Positions 23,946 to 36,928 of a stretch of 46,761 bases of DNA are shown here, in pieces (positions within the stretch are counted from its first letter, which is position 1; the number at the start of each line of letters is the position of its first letter). This stretch comes from Octopus bimaculoides (taxonomy: Eukaryota). The notes beneath the pieces were generated by a model. It worked only from the letters and a program-made list of their open reading frames with translations, did not search any database and was not told the origin of the DNA. The DNA is taken from positions 99,096,248 through 99,143,008 of the forward strand of contig NC_068985.1 in NCBI RefSeq assembly GCF_001194135.2, in the 5' to 3' direction. Position numbers and translations under genes: made by a program.

Positions 23946-25296
23946 GCATTAATATATAATTGGGTTTATATACACAAACAAACAAACATCACTTCTAAGC
24001 GGGCATGATATTATAGTGTGTATTTTGTACCATGTTAGCGATAATTATGTTCGTACCTACGTGAACCAGTATAGACATTGGTAAAGTCTGAACCCTCTTC
24101 ACTTGATACAGCAAAATATCAATTATACCAAGTATATGGCAGGGGAGATATAGAGAGCAAGAGAGAAAGAGAGAGAGAGAGGGAGAGAGAGAGAGAGAGA
24201 GAGAGTCAGTGACAGAGAGAGAAATAGAGTCGGTGATAGATCTGTACCAGAACTCGGATACGTTTGCTTTTCATCTGAGTGATCTGATGGAATGATAAAT
24301 GAAGCATCTTGCTGAAGGACACAATGTGCCAAACAGAAGAGGAATTTGAACAGAAGTGTATTGCAAACCTTTCTGAAACATTTAACCCTCAGCTGTATAT
24401 ATTTTGTTACTTACCTTCCCCAATTTCTTGCAAAAATATTCAATTTATAATCCCTCTATAAAAAATCTTCTTTGCAACCACAAAGCTATGTTTAAGATAG
24501 AGTGTTAGTTCTATAACACACACACACACACACACACAAACACACATACATACACTCATACAAAGAGGGCCACGCAAATATATAGACACATACATCTAGT
24601 ATGTAGCTATGTGGATAGGCACACATTCGTGCATGTTTGCGTATATGTATATGAGTGTTTACTGAGTATAAAAGACGCCATAGATAATTATAGATGTCAG
24701 CGTACTTTATCGTGTTTGGCACTGTTAGATAATATGTATTAATAAAATTAAGAGAAAAATGAAAATAAAAAGTAAAACAACAGAAAAGTCAGGTCGAGAT
24801 AAATAAAAAATTATAACAAAACGGGAAACTATACATAAATGAATTATAGCTTTTTTTTTGTCGTATATGTATAATTTTTATATTTTATTCATAATAATTA
24901 TTCCTTTACATTTTATTATTCCACGGTCTTATATGTTTGCAAATTCTCACCGCCAGGTTTTATCGAATACTTTCGAAGTGTATTCATATTTTCTTTCCCA
25001 AAGCAACTAAAATTCACATTTGTAAAATAAAATAAAATTTTCAAATATTCTGTTTTATATTTGATGTTGTATAAATAAATATTATTTTTTTTCGACTCCC
25101 ACGAAGTATCCGATTACATCTATCTGCCCAAGTAGCAATTTTTCCCCTCTATCCTCCTTCTCCTCTCCCCTCCCTCTCTATCTCTCTCCCCCTCTCTTGT
25201 TCACACACACACACACACATATATATATAATCCAAATAAGATAAAGAAATGCTTTAACACTTCTTCAGTATATATACATATTTATTCATTTATTTA

Positions 25297-25349
<53 letters not shown>

Positions 25350-26371
25350 NNNNNNNNNNNNNNNNNNNNNNNNNNNNNNNNNNNNNNNNNNNNNNNNNNN
25401 NNNNNNNNNNNNNNNNNNNNNNNNNNNNNNNNNNNNNNNNNNNNNNNNNNNNNNNNNNNNNNNNNNNNNNNNNNNNNNNNNNNNNNNNNNNNNNNNNNNN
25501 NNNNNNNNNNNNNNNNNNNNNNNNNNNNNNNNNNNNNNNNNNNNNNNNNNNNNNNNNNNNNNNNNNNNNNNNNNNNNNNNNNNNNNNNNNNNNNNNNNNN
25601 NNNNNNNNNNNNNNNNNNNNNNNNNNNNNNNNNNNNNNNNNNNNNNNNNNNNNNNNNNNNNNNNNNNNNNNNNNNNNNNNNNNNNNNNNNNNNNNNNNNN
25701 NNNNNNNNNNNNNNNNTGTGTGTGTGTGTGTGTAGATGCTTTTAGTCGACTTCAAATTTATATTTTCATATAAATCTCTATGATATTCATGACTTACTCA
25801 AACGCATTATATTAGTAATAAGTTTGCTTCAACGATATATCACATTCCTGGATATGAAGGAAATGCAAAATTTGAAGCAGTTTAATACATTAACAGTAAA
25901 AAGATATTTGACTCTTATGTTTAAAAGTTTGAAATATATAGAGAAATATAAATGAGATTAGGTGACGTTCAAGCGTTATATGTCACAATCCAAATCACAA
26001 ACTCTCTCAGATGCTGTACGACCACATATCACTCAATACGTCGTATTCTGAAAAGGGCACATAACTCTTGACAAAATGGTATGCTAAATTTACAAGGATA
26101 GCCGCTATTCTGATAATGTTGATGTATACTAAAAGGTTTAGCTAATGTTTGGGTAGCAAGAGGCATAGTCAACATCTTTATTTTTCCTCGTAAATTCCGA
26201 TGTTTATGGGGAAAGGAAGAAAATAAAACAAAACCATTAACTTTTCTCTCTAATCATATTTACAAATTTCTTGTTTCTCTCACTCGCCGGCCCTCTTTGT
26301 TTCTTTGCTTCTTTCGCTCGCAATATATTATACATATATTTATAAAGTATGCGTATATGCGTGTTTGCCGA

Positions 26372-26420
<49 letters not shown>

Positions 26421-26474
26421 CGGTGTGTGTGTGTGTATACATATACATATATATGTATATATAAATATACATAT

Positions 26475-26520
<46 letters not shown>

Positions 26521-29496
26521 GTATATATGTATATATATATATGTATGTATATATGTATGTATGAATATTCAACGTGAAGATGAGAGTTTGTCCCCCGACT
26601 GGAGTATTCGTCTGAGTAGAAAAGAAAGAAAAAGAAAGAGCATTCTCTACATCACTCTCTAGAATGATCACTCTCACATCATTCGTTCAACATGATCCAA
26701 AGTACGAATTATATGTGTGTATATATGTGTGTGTGTGTGTGTGTATATGTATATATATATATATATATATACATACATATGTGTGTTTGTATATATATAC
26801 ATACATATGTGTATTTGTGTATATATATATAAACATGTGTGTCTGTACGTCCGTATATATATATATATATATACATGTGTCTTTTGTTTGTGATGATATA
26901 TTACAAGATATTGATTATACAATTGGTAATATGAATAGGATTAGATCTAAACTTCTTTAAATATGATACTGATACAGAAATCATACGACGGTCTCGATTT
27001 TACTACGTTATTTCTGTTTCGGACATACAGTCAGCATGAACGGATGAGCAAGTGGTGATGCTATTGGTGGATATATGTCTTAAAGACATTGTCTATTGCT
27101 GTATCTGCTATCATTTCTAATGATATAAATGTGCTTGAGAAGTACTTGTTGTTATTCCCGAGGCCTAAATATATCGTAGTCTGATCAGATCATATAACCC
27201 AGAGGTTCTAGCTGTAACAACGCTGCCTTTTAGAAATACGTTGAAGAAGAAACTATCCAATGTCTCGTTTCCTCATTTGTTTGAGTATGACTTGAAATCA
27301 TATCGAAACACCACAGAAAAATGCTCACACGTTGGCTTGTATAGCAAAGAAGTAGATCGATGAAAGGCAATCACATAAATTCATATTCTAATCAATATTA
27401 TCAAACAGTACAAGAGCAGTGAATAGCAGAATCTCTCTTAGACGCTGAGTAGTAGAATTGGTCGATAATATATTTTTCTGTTTAAGCTTAAATCTCAACG
27501 AAGTTGTCACTGTCACCTACAGAAGTGTATCTACTAAGTATTAGGTTTGAGCTTCATGTACTACATCATTTTAAAGCCTTTTGAGTGCTAATAGTAACAT
27601 GTAATATAGTGCGATCTGTTGCATTAACATGTCTGTCATCTGACACTAATGTGACATCGTCACAAAGCTAGCGACGGGAGGACGGTTGCTGAACAAAGAC
27701 GTGACCTTTCAGAAATGTAGATGAAAGCAGTATATGGTTTGCGACTACTTAGCAGTGTTTCGTGAGGGTCAAACTCGGGGTCTTATGATTGAAAAGAGCA
27801 GTAAAAGTTGATGTTTTGAGACCCATGTATTTCTAAAGATATCAAGCGTGTAAGTGAGCTTATTTATTTTGATACCCCTATTTTAGGTACATTTTGAAAC
27901 ACCTATTTTAGGTACATTTTAGGTATATCAGACCATCTGCTCGTTCCAACTAAAATGCGATATTGATAACGAGAAATTGCAAATCTTCCTTTTTTCAAAA
28001 GGTTTAACGACAAAAATTAGCCGAAACATATTCTAGGAAAAAATTGAAGTTACAGACATGACAAGGAAGTTCCACAAATTATCGACGTAAATTACCAGTG
28101 TTTAGTTTTGTACTTTTAAGTTCTTGGTGCCCATCACAACTCCTTTGGCACTTTAAAAAAAAAATTCTGCAAAGGCGAAATGCACATAGTAACGAGAGTG
28201 CTTGACTCAGTCGAACGTATATGCTTCTTTTAGAAGTTTATAAAAAAATAAGTGATTCAAGAAATAATAGAAATAACTGGCGGTAGATTATGTTAGAAAA
28301 ATAGCATGAACTCAGAGGGAGAGAGAGAGGGAGGGGGATAACTGAGAGAATAGTCGTCTCTATACTGTCGTCTTCTCAGGATCAGTCTCTTAAATCTATA
28401 ACTAAACAGTCGACATATCTGTATATAGAAATCTCAGCAAAAAAGACCCCCGCCCCGCAAAAAACTCAACCGTCCAACGTAATGGCTGTTCTGTTGGTTA
28501 AGTGGGATATTTGTTAACTTGAGTTCCGGTTCAGATGTTCAGAAAAACAATATGGAGTCAACAAGTTTCCTACCGAAGGAGCAAATCGATAGCTATAACA
28601 TTAATACAACTTTAAAACGATTTTAGGAGATCGTCATGATGTATGTTGGATTTAATCAGGGATTAGAAACTGCATTTTCCCATCTGATTCGCTCAGAGTT
28701 GTCTCTTTACTATTATATTTCTTTATATTTTACTAAATTCAATGAGTTTGATTAACTGGTGAAGAAACATAAGCGAAATAGAATGTTATTATGATCATAA
28801 CTTTTTGCATTAAATGCGTGAAGTCAATGTGCTGCATATTACATTGGTAGATTACATTCGGAAAATAAAATATTATAGATTAGGTCCAGGTAGAATTTTA
28901 ACACTTAATCTATGGCACTCAGCTCCACTTTACAATAAAATATATTTAAGTGTTAATATTTCTAAATGATTTGATATTTTTAGCAAGTTAAATAAGATTG
29001 ATACACATTTTAAGTAGCTTAAGTGATTACGTAGTTTCATTGTGAGCTGAAAAATTACATTATTTTATTTTTGTAAATGGGGGCTTCGTTGATTGATAGT
29101 TAAATTATATAATGCGATTGGTGAATGCTCCCCGCTGACGATTAATTAGAATTAAGCAATTTCATTTTGTCTGCAGTAAAATGCAATTTCTAAAAACATA
29201 ATTGTTTTAATTCATCAACAGCAGAAGGAAAATGAATGCTCATAAATCTTTTCAGGGCCTTCTAGGTTCGATGATCTGACTAAATGAGTAAAGCAAATGC
29301 GATTAATGTTTCACCTTAAATAGTTCTCGGTTCGTAGTGTCAAGGAGTATATAGAAACAGAAAGGGGCTTGTTCAAAGATACATGGTACTGGTTAGAAAT
29401 GATTGAGTAAAGCCCAGTCGGTAGGCATCTACGTTTTATGTGATACGAGGGTCAAAACGTCTTCAAGTTACACTGCGGTTGTAAGCCCTAATTTAT

Positions 29497-29925
29497 AGGC
29501 GCAGGTGTGGGTGTGTGGTAAGAAGTTTGCTTGCCAAACATACGTTTCCAAGTTCACTTCCACTAAGTGGCACTTTAGGTAGGTGTCTTTTCTGTAGCAT
29601 CGCTCCAACCAAAGCTTTCTGAATGGATTTGGTAGATGGAAACTAAAAGAATCTCATCCTATGTATGTATATATATATATATATATGTATATGCGTGTGT
29701 ATGTATGTGCGAGTGAGTGTACTTTTGTATGTGTGTGTAAGTGTGGGTGTTTGTCTACTCACTGCTTGAAAACCCGTCTTAGTGTATTTACATCAATGTA
29801 ACTTAGCGGTTTGGCAAAACAGATCGATGAAATAAATACCAGGTTTTAAAAAATAAGTATTTGTGTCGATTTATTTGACCAAAATTTATCAAGGTGCTGC
29901 CCCAGCATGGCCACAGTCTAATGAC
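29497..29925 (+). mobile_element. SINE family B, apparently full length with internal microsatellite
   Basis: aggcgcaggtgtgggtgtgtggtaag head, ggatttggtagatggaaact, (TA)/(TG) spacer, gtaacttagcggtttggcaaaa, tail ccccagcatggccacagtctaatgac. Confidence 0.8.
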
Positions 29926-29933
29926 AAAAAATA

Positions 29934-30131
29934 TTCTTTTCTACTCTAAATACAGGGCCCGAAATTTTGGGGGAGGGGACCAGTTGATTAGATCGACCCC
30001 AGTACACAACTGGTACTTAATTTATCGACCCCGAAAGGATGAAAGACAAAGTCGACCTCGGTGGGATTTGAAATCAGAACGTTAAGACAGACGAAATACC
30101 TCAAAGCATTTCGTCTGGCGTGCTAAAATTT
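29934..30131 (-). mobile_element. SINE family A (tail type 1), head truncated
   Basis: tattcttttctactctaaatacagggcccgaaatttt...ggcgtgctaa. Confidence 0.88.
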
Positions 30132-30367
30132 CTTATTTCTTTATTGCCCACAAGGGGCTAGACATAGAGGGGACAAACAAGGACAGACAAAGGGATTAAG
30201 TCGATTACATCGACCACAGTGAGTAACTGGTACTTAATTTATCGACCCCGAAAAGATGAAAGGCAAAGACGACCTTGCTGGAATATGAACTCAAAACGTA
30301 ACGGTAAACGAAATACCACTAAGCATTTCGCCCGGCGTGCTAACGTTTCTGCCAACACGCCGCCTTA
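30132..30367 (-). mobile_element. SINE family A with alternative tail (type 2)
   Basis: Same head and core; tail reads cttaatccctttgtctgtccttgtttgtcccctctatgtctagccccttgtgggcaataaagaaataag on the minus strand. Confidence 0.85.
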
Positions 30368-30972
30368 CTGACAAAAAAATATTAAAAGAAAAAAAAAAAA
30401 AGATAAAAGAAAATTAGTTAGCTTCGAGGCTAAAAGACTCGATTCATCAAAGTGCTGTTAGGTCAATAGGCAACAGACGCTTTTTGTTATTAAAAATATA
30501 CGAAGGAGTGCAACATATTTTCGAATAGATAAGCAGAAAAAGTATCTAATTTAGCTTGAAAGAGTGTTGTTGAGTGACGAGTTTAGTATTAATGTAACTG
30601 CTGCTTTTTGGAGGAAACTAAATGTTCTGAGCAGGTGCATTGTTTTTTACGATGACAGCAGCCATTTAGAATATTCTCGCAATTGTTAGAATTAAAATTT
30701 ATTAGATGATGGCTTGAATAGAATTCTTTGTTTACGAATAAAAAATGATTCTGTGAAGTTTTGTTTTTCTCCGTAATTTCAAATATCATAAATATTTAGT
30801 AAATTCGGAGACAGATACATGTTCTAAAGATAGAGTAGCTTGAATATCTACGCCCTAGGTATATATGCATGCATATATATCTGGGGCGGGTAAAATTCCC
30901 GAAATCCACGGACGAGTTCTCATCCAGCTGTCTTTGTCTCTCATCATCGCTACTATGTACAATTACATATAT

Positions 30973-31007
<35 letters not shown>

Positions 31008-31049
31008 CACATATACATAGCTGAAATTTATAGAAAAACAAAAGAAGAA

Positions 31050-31543
31050 GACAGGTGTATGAAGAAGCAAGTGTATTAGTTTGTCGCGCGGGAAAAAGAA
31101 AAAGACTTTTACGAACATTTCAGAGTGTTTGGGAGTCTATCTGAGGGCTGTGCTTCTACTGAGAATGATAAAAATCCAGTATCCATTCAACATCATGGTG
31201 TTTGGAGTGATCACTATGATGGCGACATTATGCCTCTATTTATCTTCTCACACGGCCTCAGACTCAACACGGAGGCCTACATCAAGTGCCTGGAAGAGGT
31301 AGTGCTATCCTGCGTCAAGAGGGTGGCTGTTGGAAAGCCTTGTCTGGCAACAAGACTCTGTACCATGGCACACAGGCAGGAAAACCTAGTCATGTCTGTC
31401 AAACAATTTATGCGACCGCATCACTCCTTACATCTGGCCACCTAACTTCCCAGACCGCAACCCCGTTATTACTACGTGTTGGGTACAGTTGAGCGAGAGA
31501 CCAACAAAACTCCTAGTAGCACCAAAGATGAACTGAAGGCACA
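31050..31543 (+). mobile_element. DD37D (maT-like) transposase fossil with internal deletion
   Basis: TNISECLGVYLRAV (HTH-like) joined to NIMVFGVIT, then DGDIMPLFIFSHGLRLNTEAYIKCLEEVVL, WQQDSVPWHT, IWPPNFPDRNP. There are 37 residues between the second Asp and the (frameshifted) third Asp. Ends KDELKA. Confidence 0.88.
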
Positions 31544-31544
31544 G

Positions 31545-31690
31545 GGTTCGCCCCCGCCCTATGCCAGAACTTCGTAGAGCTTTTAGATGTTTCGCTCAAT
31601 AAACACTCACAACGACCGGTCTGGGAATCAAAACATCGATCCTACAACCGCGAGTTCGCTGCCCTACCCACTAGGCCATTGCGCCTCCAC
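31545..31690 (-). mobile_element. tRNA-derived SINE (family D here), 5' part
   Basis: Minus strand gtggaggcgcaatggcctagtgggtagggcagcgaactcgcggttg...tgtttattgagcgaaacatctaaaagctc. Confidence 0.8.
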
Positions 31691-31709
31691 ACACATACAG
31701 ACACACACT

Positions 31710-31741
<32 letters not shown>

Positions 31742-31853
31742 CACACATATACATGTTTGAAAACAATACTATATACGAGGACAAAACGAACAACAAATGA
31801 CAAGGGAACAAGAAATTGGGTAATGAACTTCATTACCAGCCATTTCCGGTATT

Positions 31854-32141
31854 GTGGAGGCACATAGCCTAGTGGTCCAGGGTTTGCGCGTTCGAATCTT
31901 AGATTGGTCGAAGTGTGTTTATGAGCGAAACACGTAAGCGCCGGGCGGCTCCGGCAGAAGGTAATGGGGAACCTCTCCTGACTCTTTCCCCACAACTTTC
32001 TCTCACTCTTTTCTCCTGCATCTAGTAACTCACCTGTGACGGACCGGCGTCCTGTCCAGGTTGGGAATCTATGCGCTAATGAAACCGAGAAACCAGCTCT
32101 TATGAGCCAGGCATGGCTCGAGACGGAACAAACAACAACAA
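31854..32141 (+). mobile_element. SINE family D with 13-bp TSD and (AAC)n tail
   Basis: Head gtggaggcacatagcctagtgg, tail ggctcgagacggaacaaacaacaacaa. TSD catttccggtatt (31841-31853) and catttctggtatt (32142-32154), differing at a CpG. Confidence 0.85.
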
Positions 32142-32456
32142 CATTTCTGGTATTAGATGGAACGCGCTCTAGTTGAACGCTTGTGTATCACCTCATAACC
32201 TCAGATTGTCTGTTTGTCTCTCTGTCTGTCTTAATATTTTGATTACATATATCGATATTAATAATCTGGTGTTAGAACTCAACATAAATATGCTTCAGAA
32301 CAAAAAAAAAGGGGGCTGGCGATTACAAGGCATAAGAAATTAAATAAATAAAAAGGGAAGGAGAAATTATGTCAGGGACATCATGAGCTAACACCTGTTT
32401 CTGTCATAAAATGCAATGAACTCATAGCTGAGTGCTTGTATATCACCTTGTTGCTT

Positions 32457-32650
<194 letters not shown>

Positions 32651-34271
32651 TCTACCTGGTTACTACTTGGCGACGATATTAAGAAGAGTAGTTGCATATA
32701 TAATCTTGATATTGGCAGCTGTAAGCTCAATAAGCTAACCTTTCTTCTGCTACTAGTAAATATGCTAGTTTATTATTTGTGAGTTTTTCTATAGTTGTGC
32801 AAAGACATTAACGTTATTCCATTTTGTTTTTATCATATCATGTTTATTTGACAGCTTAACAAGCACATTCTTCCATATTGTACTGCCTTTGTCTAAGATG
32901 GTGAATAAGCTGTGTTTATATATTACATAACTGATATATTAGACAGCCAGTTCTCTCAAGAATTATTATTATTATTATTATTATTATTATTGTTATTATT
33001 ATTATTTCCTTTTACCTGTATCTTTTAGCACTGTTTATGTTACAAGAAGCATTTATATCTTTATATAATGAAACTTTTTTTGATAACAAAGTGTGTGTGT
33101 TTTTTTTTCCTTCTAATGATATCATGTTTAGAGAAGATACGATGATGATATCTTTGGAGAGCTTTTGATAATACTAACAAATACTTATGGTAATCTCTAA
33201 TACCATAGAGCGGATATTTGTTCTGTTATGTTCTTATGTTTATGAGTGTACGTAGGTATGTATGCGTGTATGTACATGTATGTGAATGATTGCATGTATG
33301 CATGTATGNNNNNNNNNNNNNNNNNNNNNNNNNNNNNNNNNNNNNNNNNNNNNNNNNNNNNNNNNNNNNNNNNNNNNNNNNNNNNNNNNNNNNNNNNNNN
33401 NNNNNNNNNNNNNNNNNNNNNNNNNNNNNNNNNNNNNNNNNNNNNNNNNNNNNNNNNNNNNNNNNNNNNNNNNNNNNNNNNNNNNNNNNNNNNNNNNNNN
33501 NNNNNNNNNNNNNNNNNNNNNNNNNNNNNNNNNNNNNNNNNNNNNNNNNNNNNNNNNNNNNNNNNNNNNNNNNNNNNNNNNNNNNNNNNNNNNNNNNNNN
33601 NNNNNNNNNNNNNNNNNNNNNNNNNNNNNNNNNNNNNNNNNNNNNNNNNNNNNNNNNNNNNNNNNNNNNNNNNNNNNNNNNNNNNNNNNNNNNNNNNNNN
33701 NNNNNNNNNNNNNNNNNNNNNNNNNNNNNNNNNNNNNNNNNNNNNNNNNNNNNNNNNNNNNNNNNNNNNNNNNNNNNNNNNNNNNNNNNNNNNNNNNNNN
33801 NNNNNNNNNNNNNNNNNNNNNNNNNNNNNNNNNNNNNNNNNNNNNNNNNNNNNNNNNNNNNNNNNNNNNNNNNNNNNNNNNNNNNNNNNNNNNNNNNNNN
33901 NNNNNNNNNNNNNNNNNNNNNNNNNNNNNNNNNNNNNNNNNNNNNNNNNNNNNNNNNNNNNNNNNNNNNNNNNNNNNNNNNNNNNNNNNNNNNNNNNNNN
34001 NNNNNNNNNNNNNNNNNNNNNNNNNNNNNNNNNNNNNNNNNNNNNNNNNNNNNNNNNNNNNNNNNNNNNNNNNNNNNNNNNNNNNNNNNNNNNNNNNNNN
34101 NNNNNNNNNNNNNNNNNNNNNNNNNNNNNNNNNNNNNNNNNNNNNNNNNNNNNNNNNNNNNNNNNNNNNNNNNNNNNNNNNNNNNNNNNNNNNNNNNNNN
34201 NNNNNNNNNNNNNNNNNNNNNNNNNNNNNNNNNNNNNNNNNNNNNNNNNNNNNNNNNNNNNNNNNNNNNNN

Positions 34272-34469
34272 CAAAGCCCGATATTTTAGGGAAGGGGACC
34301 AATCGATTAGATCGACTCCAGTACGCAACTGGTACTTAATCTATCGACCCCGAAAGAATGAAAGGCAAAATTGACCTCGGCAGAATTTGAACTCAGAACG
34401 TATATCTCTAACGAAATACCGCTAAGCATTTCGTCCGGCGTGCTAACGTTTCTGCCAGGTCGCCGCCTT
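34272..34469 (-). mobile_element. SINE family A, tandem copy 1 (abuts gap 33309-34271)
   Basis: Full head and core; tail runs into the gap. Confidence 0.88.
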
Positions 34470-34485
34470 TTTAAAAAGAGGACTA

Positions 34486-34702
34486 TATTCTTTTCTACTC
34501 TAGGCACAAAGCCCGATATTTTAGGGAAGGGGACCAATCGATTAGATCGACTCCAGTACGCAACTGGTACTTAGTTTGTCGACTCCGAAAAGACGAAAGG
34601 CAAAGTCAACCTCGGTGGACTTTGAACACATAATGCAACGACGGGCGAAATACTGCTAAGCATTTCGTCCAGCGTGCTAAAGATTATGCCATCTCGTCGT
34701 CG
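34486..34702 (-). mobile_element. SINE family A, tandem copy 2
   Basis: Complete tail tattcttttctactctaggcac and a more diverged head. Confidence 0.85.
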
Positions 34703-34894
34703 AAGGCTTTTTATATTGCTTTATATATATACTAGTGTTGGATTGAGAAGTGATCGCTAATAAATTAGAATATAATTTTTTTGGCATTTAAAATGGCCGA
34801 GTCATTTGTTCATATGCTTCTAATTTTACTTTTGTGTGAGTCCTATTCTTTTTTTTGTTTTCACAATCAATTCCTGATTTTCTTTCTGGAACTG

Positions 34895-35535
34895 ATTCTG
34901 GTGAAGTAGCAAGTTATGCTTTTCTTCTTTGTGCTTTCTGCTGCAAAATGGATTCATCTGGCACCTCGAATAAACGCTTATCCAAATAGTCTTTGAAATC
35001 ATCCATATTTACACATCAGAGAACTCTGAGATTGTGTTGCAGAATGTTTAAAATTTGTTGGACCTTGAAATATAAGTTGTAACAGTTCTGTGTCTTTACT
35101 CTGGATGGAGATTACAGGATCTTTGAAACAATGAAGTAGCTTTCAGTTCTGTGGTTGGTGTAGATTCCAATCGCAAATCTGCGTATTTGAACTTCCAGGA
35201 TTTCTCATTTATGTATATCACTACGTATCATTCACATTTTCACTCGTTGGAGCAAACCCTCATTTCTTTTAGCCCTTCACAATTGCTCAAGTCTGTATGA
35301 ATATCCTTTGTTCTTATTCTACTTGATATTACGTTAGAGTCGTTCTCATCAATTGATTATTTATCAAGGCTGAAATAGAAGGTAATAATTATTTGTCACT
35401 CTAGTTGTATAATCAATACAAGTTGCGACAGTGTTTTCGAATTAAACGTTAAAACAGACCCGATAAGGCAAAGATGATCATATACCCTTGCACTGTCAGT
35501 TGTGGTTTGAGATGACATTGATCCAAAGGTACAGT
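34895..35535 (-). mobile_element. CR1/L2-group LINE 3' coding fossil
   Basis: Broken frames give YVVIYI-KILE, IYTNHRT and ILNILQHNLRVL*CVNMDDFKDYLDKRLFEVPDE, matching the LINE C-terminal pattern IYxxKIL...LFNxLP...FKxxLDxxLxxVPDEP. Confidence 0.65.
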
Positions 35536-36795
35536 GATCCACTGAACGTAGGGACTGGATAAGTTGATAAGTTGATACGCTCTTTTACATGTTCCAGACA
35601 TTGGATTATAGCCATGCAAAGGCATGGCCTTGCATGGCTACAATCTGGTACTTGTTTTATCGGTTCATTTGAAGAGTCGCTTTGTATGTTCTATACAATC
35701 TTTGCTGCCAAATTCATTGACAAATCTCAAGGGTAAGCTATTGTATTGGCATGTCGTATTTTAATATGGTCGGTGCTGGAATGAGTTCCGGAAACTTCAG
35801 GAAATAATCAGCCATAGGGTCATTATCGTCAATTATACTCTACAACGTTGTGCTCCAGCAGGGACATATGGTCGCAATCCAGTGAATGAAGGCTGTTTCA
35901 ATAAAATTAAGATCAAAATGTTTGAGAGATCATATGGATTCCATTGTTAAATAAAACAACTGTAAGCTTAACGTTTGTGCTTTGTTTATATTTGTAGAAA
36001 ACCTCACGAACGCATGTACCCCACCCCACACAGACTGAGACATACATTTAGAGACGTATGTACATATGCAAATATACATGTATATACATATGCGCACATA
36101 CATATATATATATACATATACACATGTATACATACATGCATATGCATATACATAAATACATACATATAAATGTACATACATACATAGATACATACATACA
36201 TATATATGTAATTGAGGTTTTATGTATGTCTTTTAATTATAGTCTTGTTAAATACCCAATAGTTAATGTCTACCTAGGGTTAATATCCAAAGAATTTGAT
36301 TATTTTTGGACTGGAGGTCTAGAGATTCACAGATAACTTCATCTAATTAGTTCCAACCAAAAGTTATTTATATATTTCTACCAATGAAAGAACAGAAACC
36401 TTTAATATGCTACAAGCAATTCTATAAAATGTTTTCCTATTCGTTAAGAATGAGTTACTAGGTAACGGCGGTTACCACAATTTTATTATCTTTTCGAAAA
36501 GAATATTCTTCGGAAATTTTCTTTCAAATATGTTTATACATTATCACGAGTTTCGTTAGAATTTGTGCCAACAAAAGTAACTTGTTGCCAACGTAGTTTG
36601 CTTCCAAACATCATTAAGTGTTGCTGATAATTTGGGCAAGTTCTTTTGAGAAATGAAAGAAAAGAAGTTTAAAATGGCAGCTTGTTGTCTTCTTTTTGAA
36701 TGCTAATTTTTTTTCCTCTCTTCCGTTGCCACATTTCTGAAATGAAGGTAAATAAAGAAAAGAAACAAAAATAAATACAAAATGAAAAAAAAAAA

Positions 36796-36815
36796 CAACA
36801 ACAATAATAATAATG

Positions 36816-36846
<31 letters not shown>

Positions 36847-36863
36847 TAATAATAATAATAATG

Positions 36864-36927
<64 letters not shown>
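36796..36927. repeat. (AAT)n microsatellite with GAT interruptions
   Basis: Direct reading. Confidence 0.95.

Positions 36928-36928
<1 letters not shown>

Noticed and set aside
27839-27849. Another AG-11 nt-GTAAGT microexon-like pattern
   Set aside because: Weak polypyrimidine tract; it shows such patterns arise by chance here.
28440-28625. GC-box/ETS-like motifs followed by short ORF MESTSFLPKEQ
   Set aside because: No donor site, no CpG-rich context and no homology; cannot be called a promoter.
30876-30910. CTGGGGC-GGG..CCC-GAAA as a decayed third hammerhead
   Set aside because: Two core mismatches and no valid UH site or stem I.
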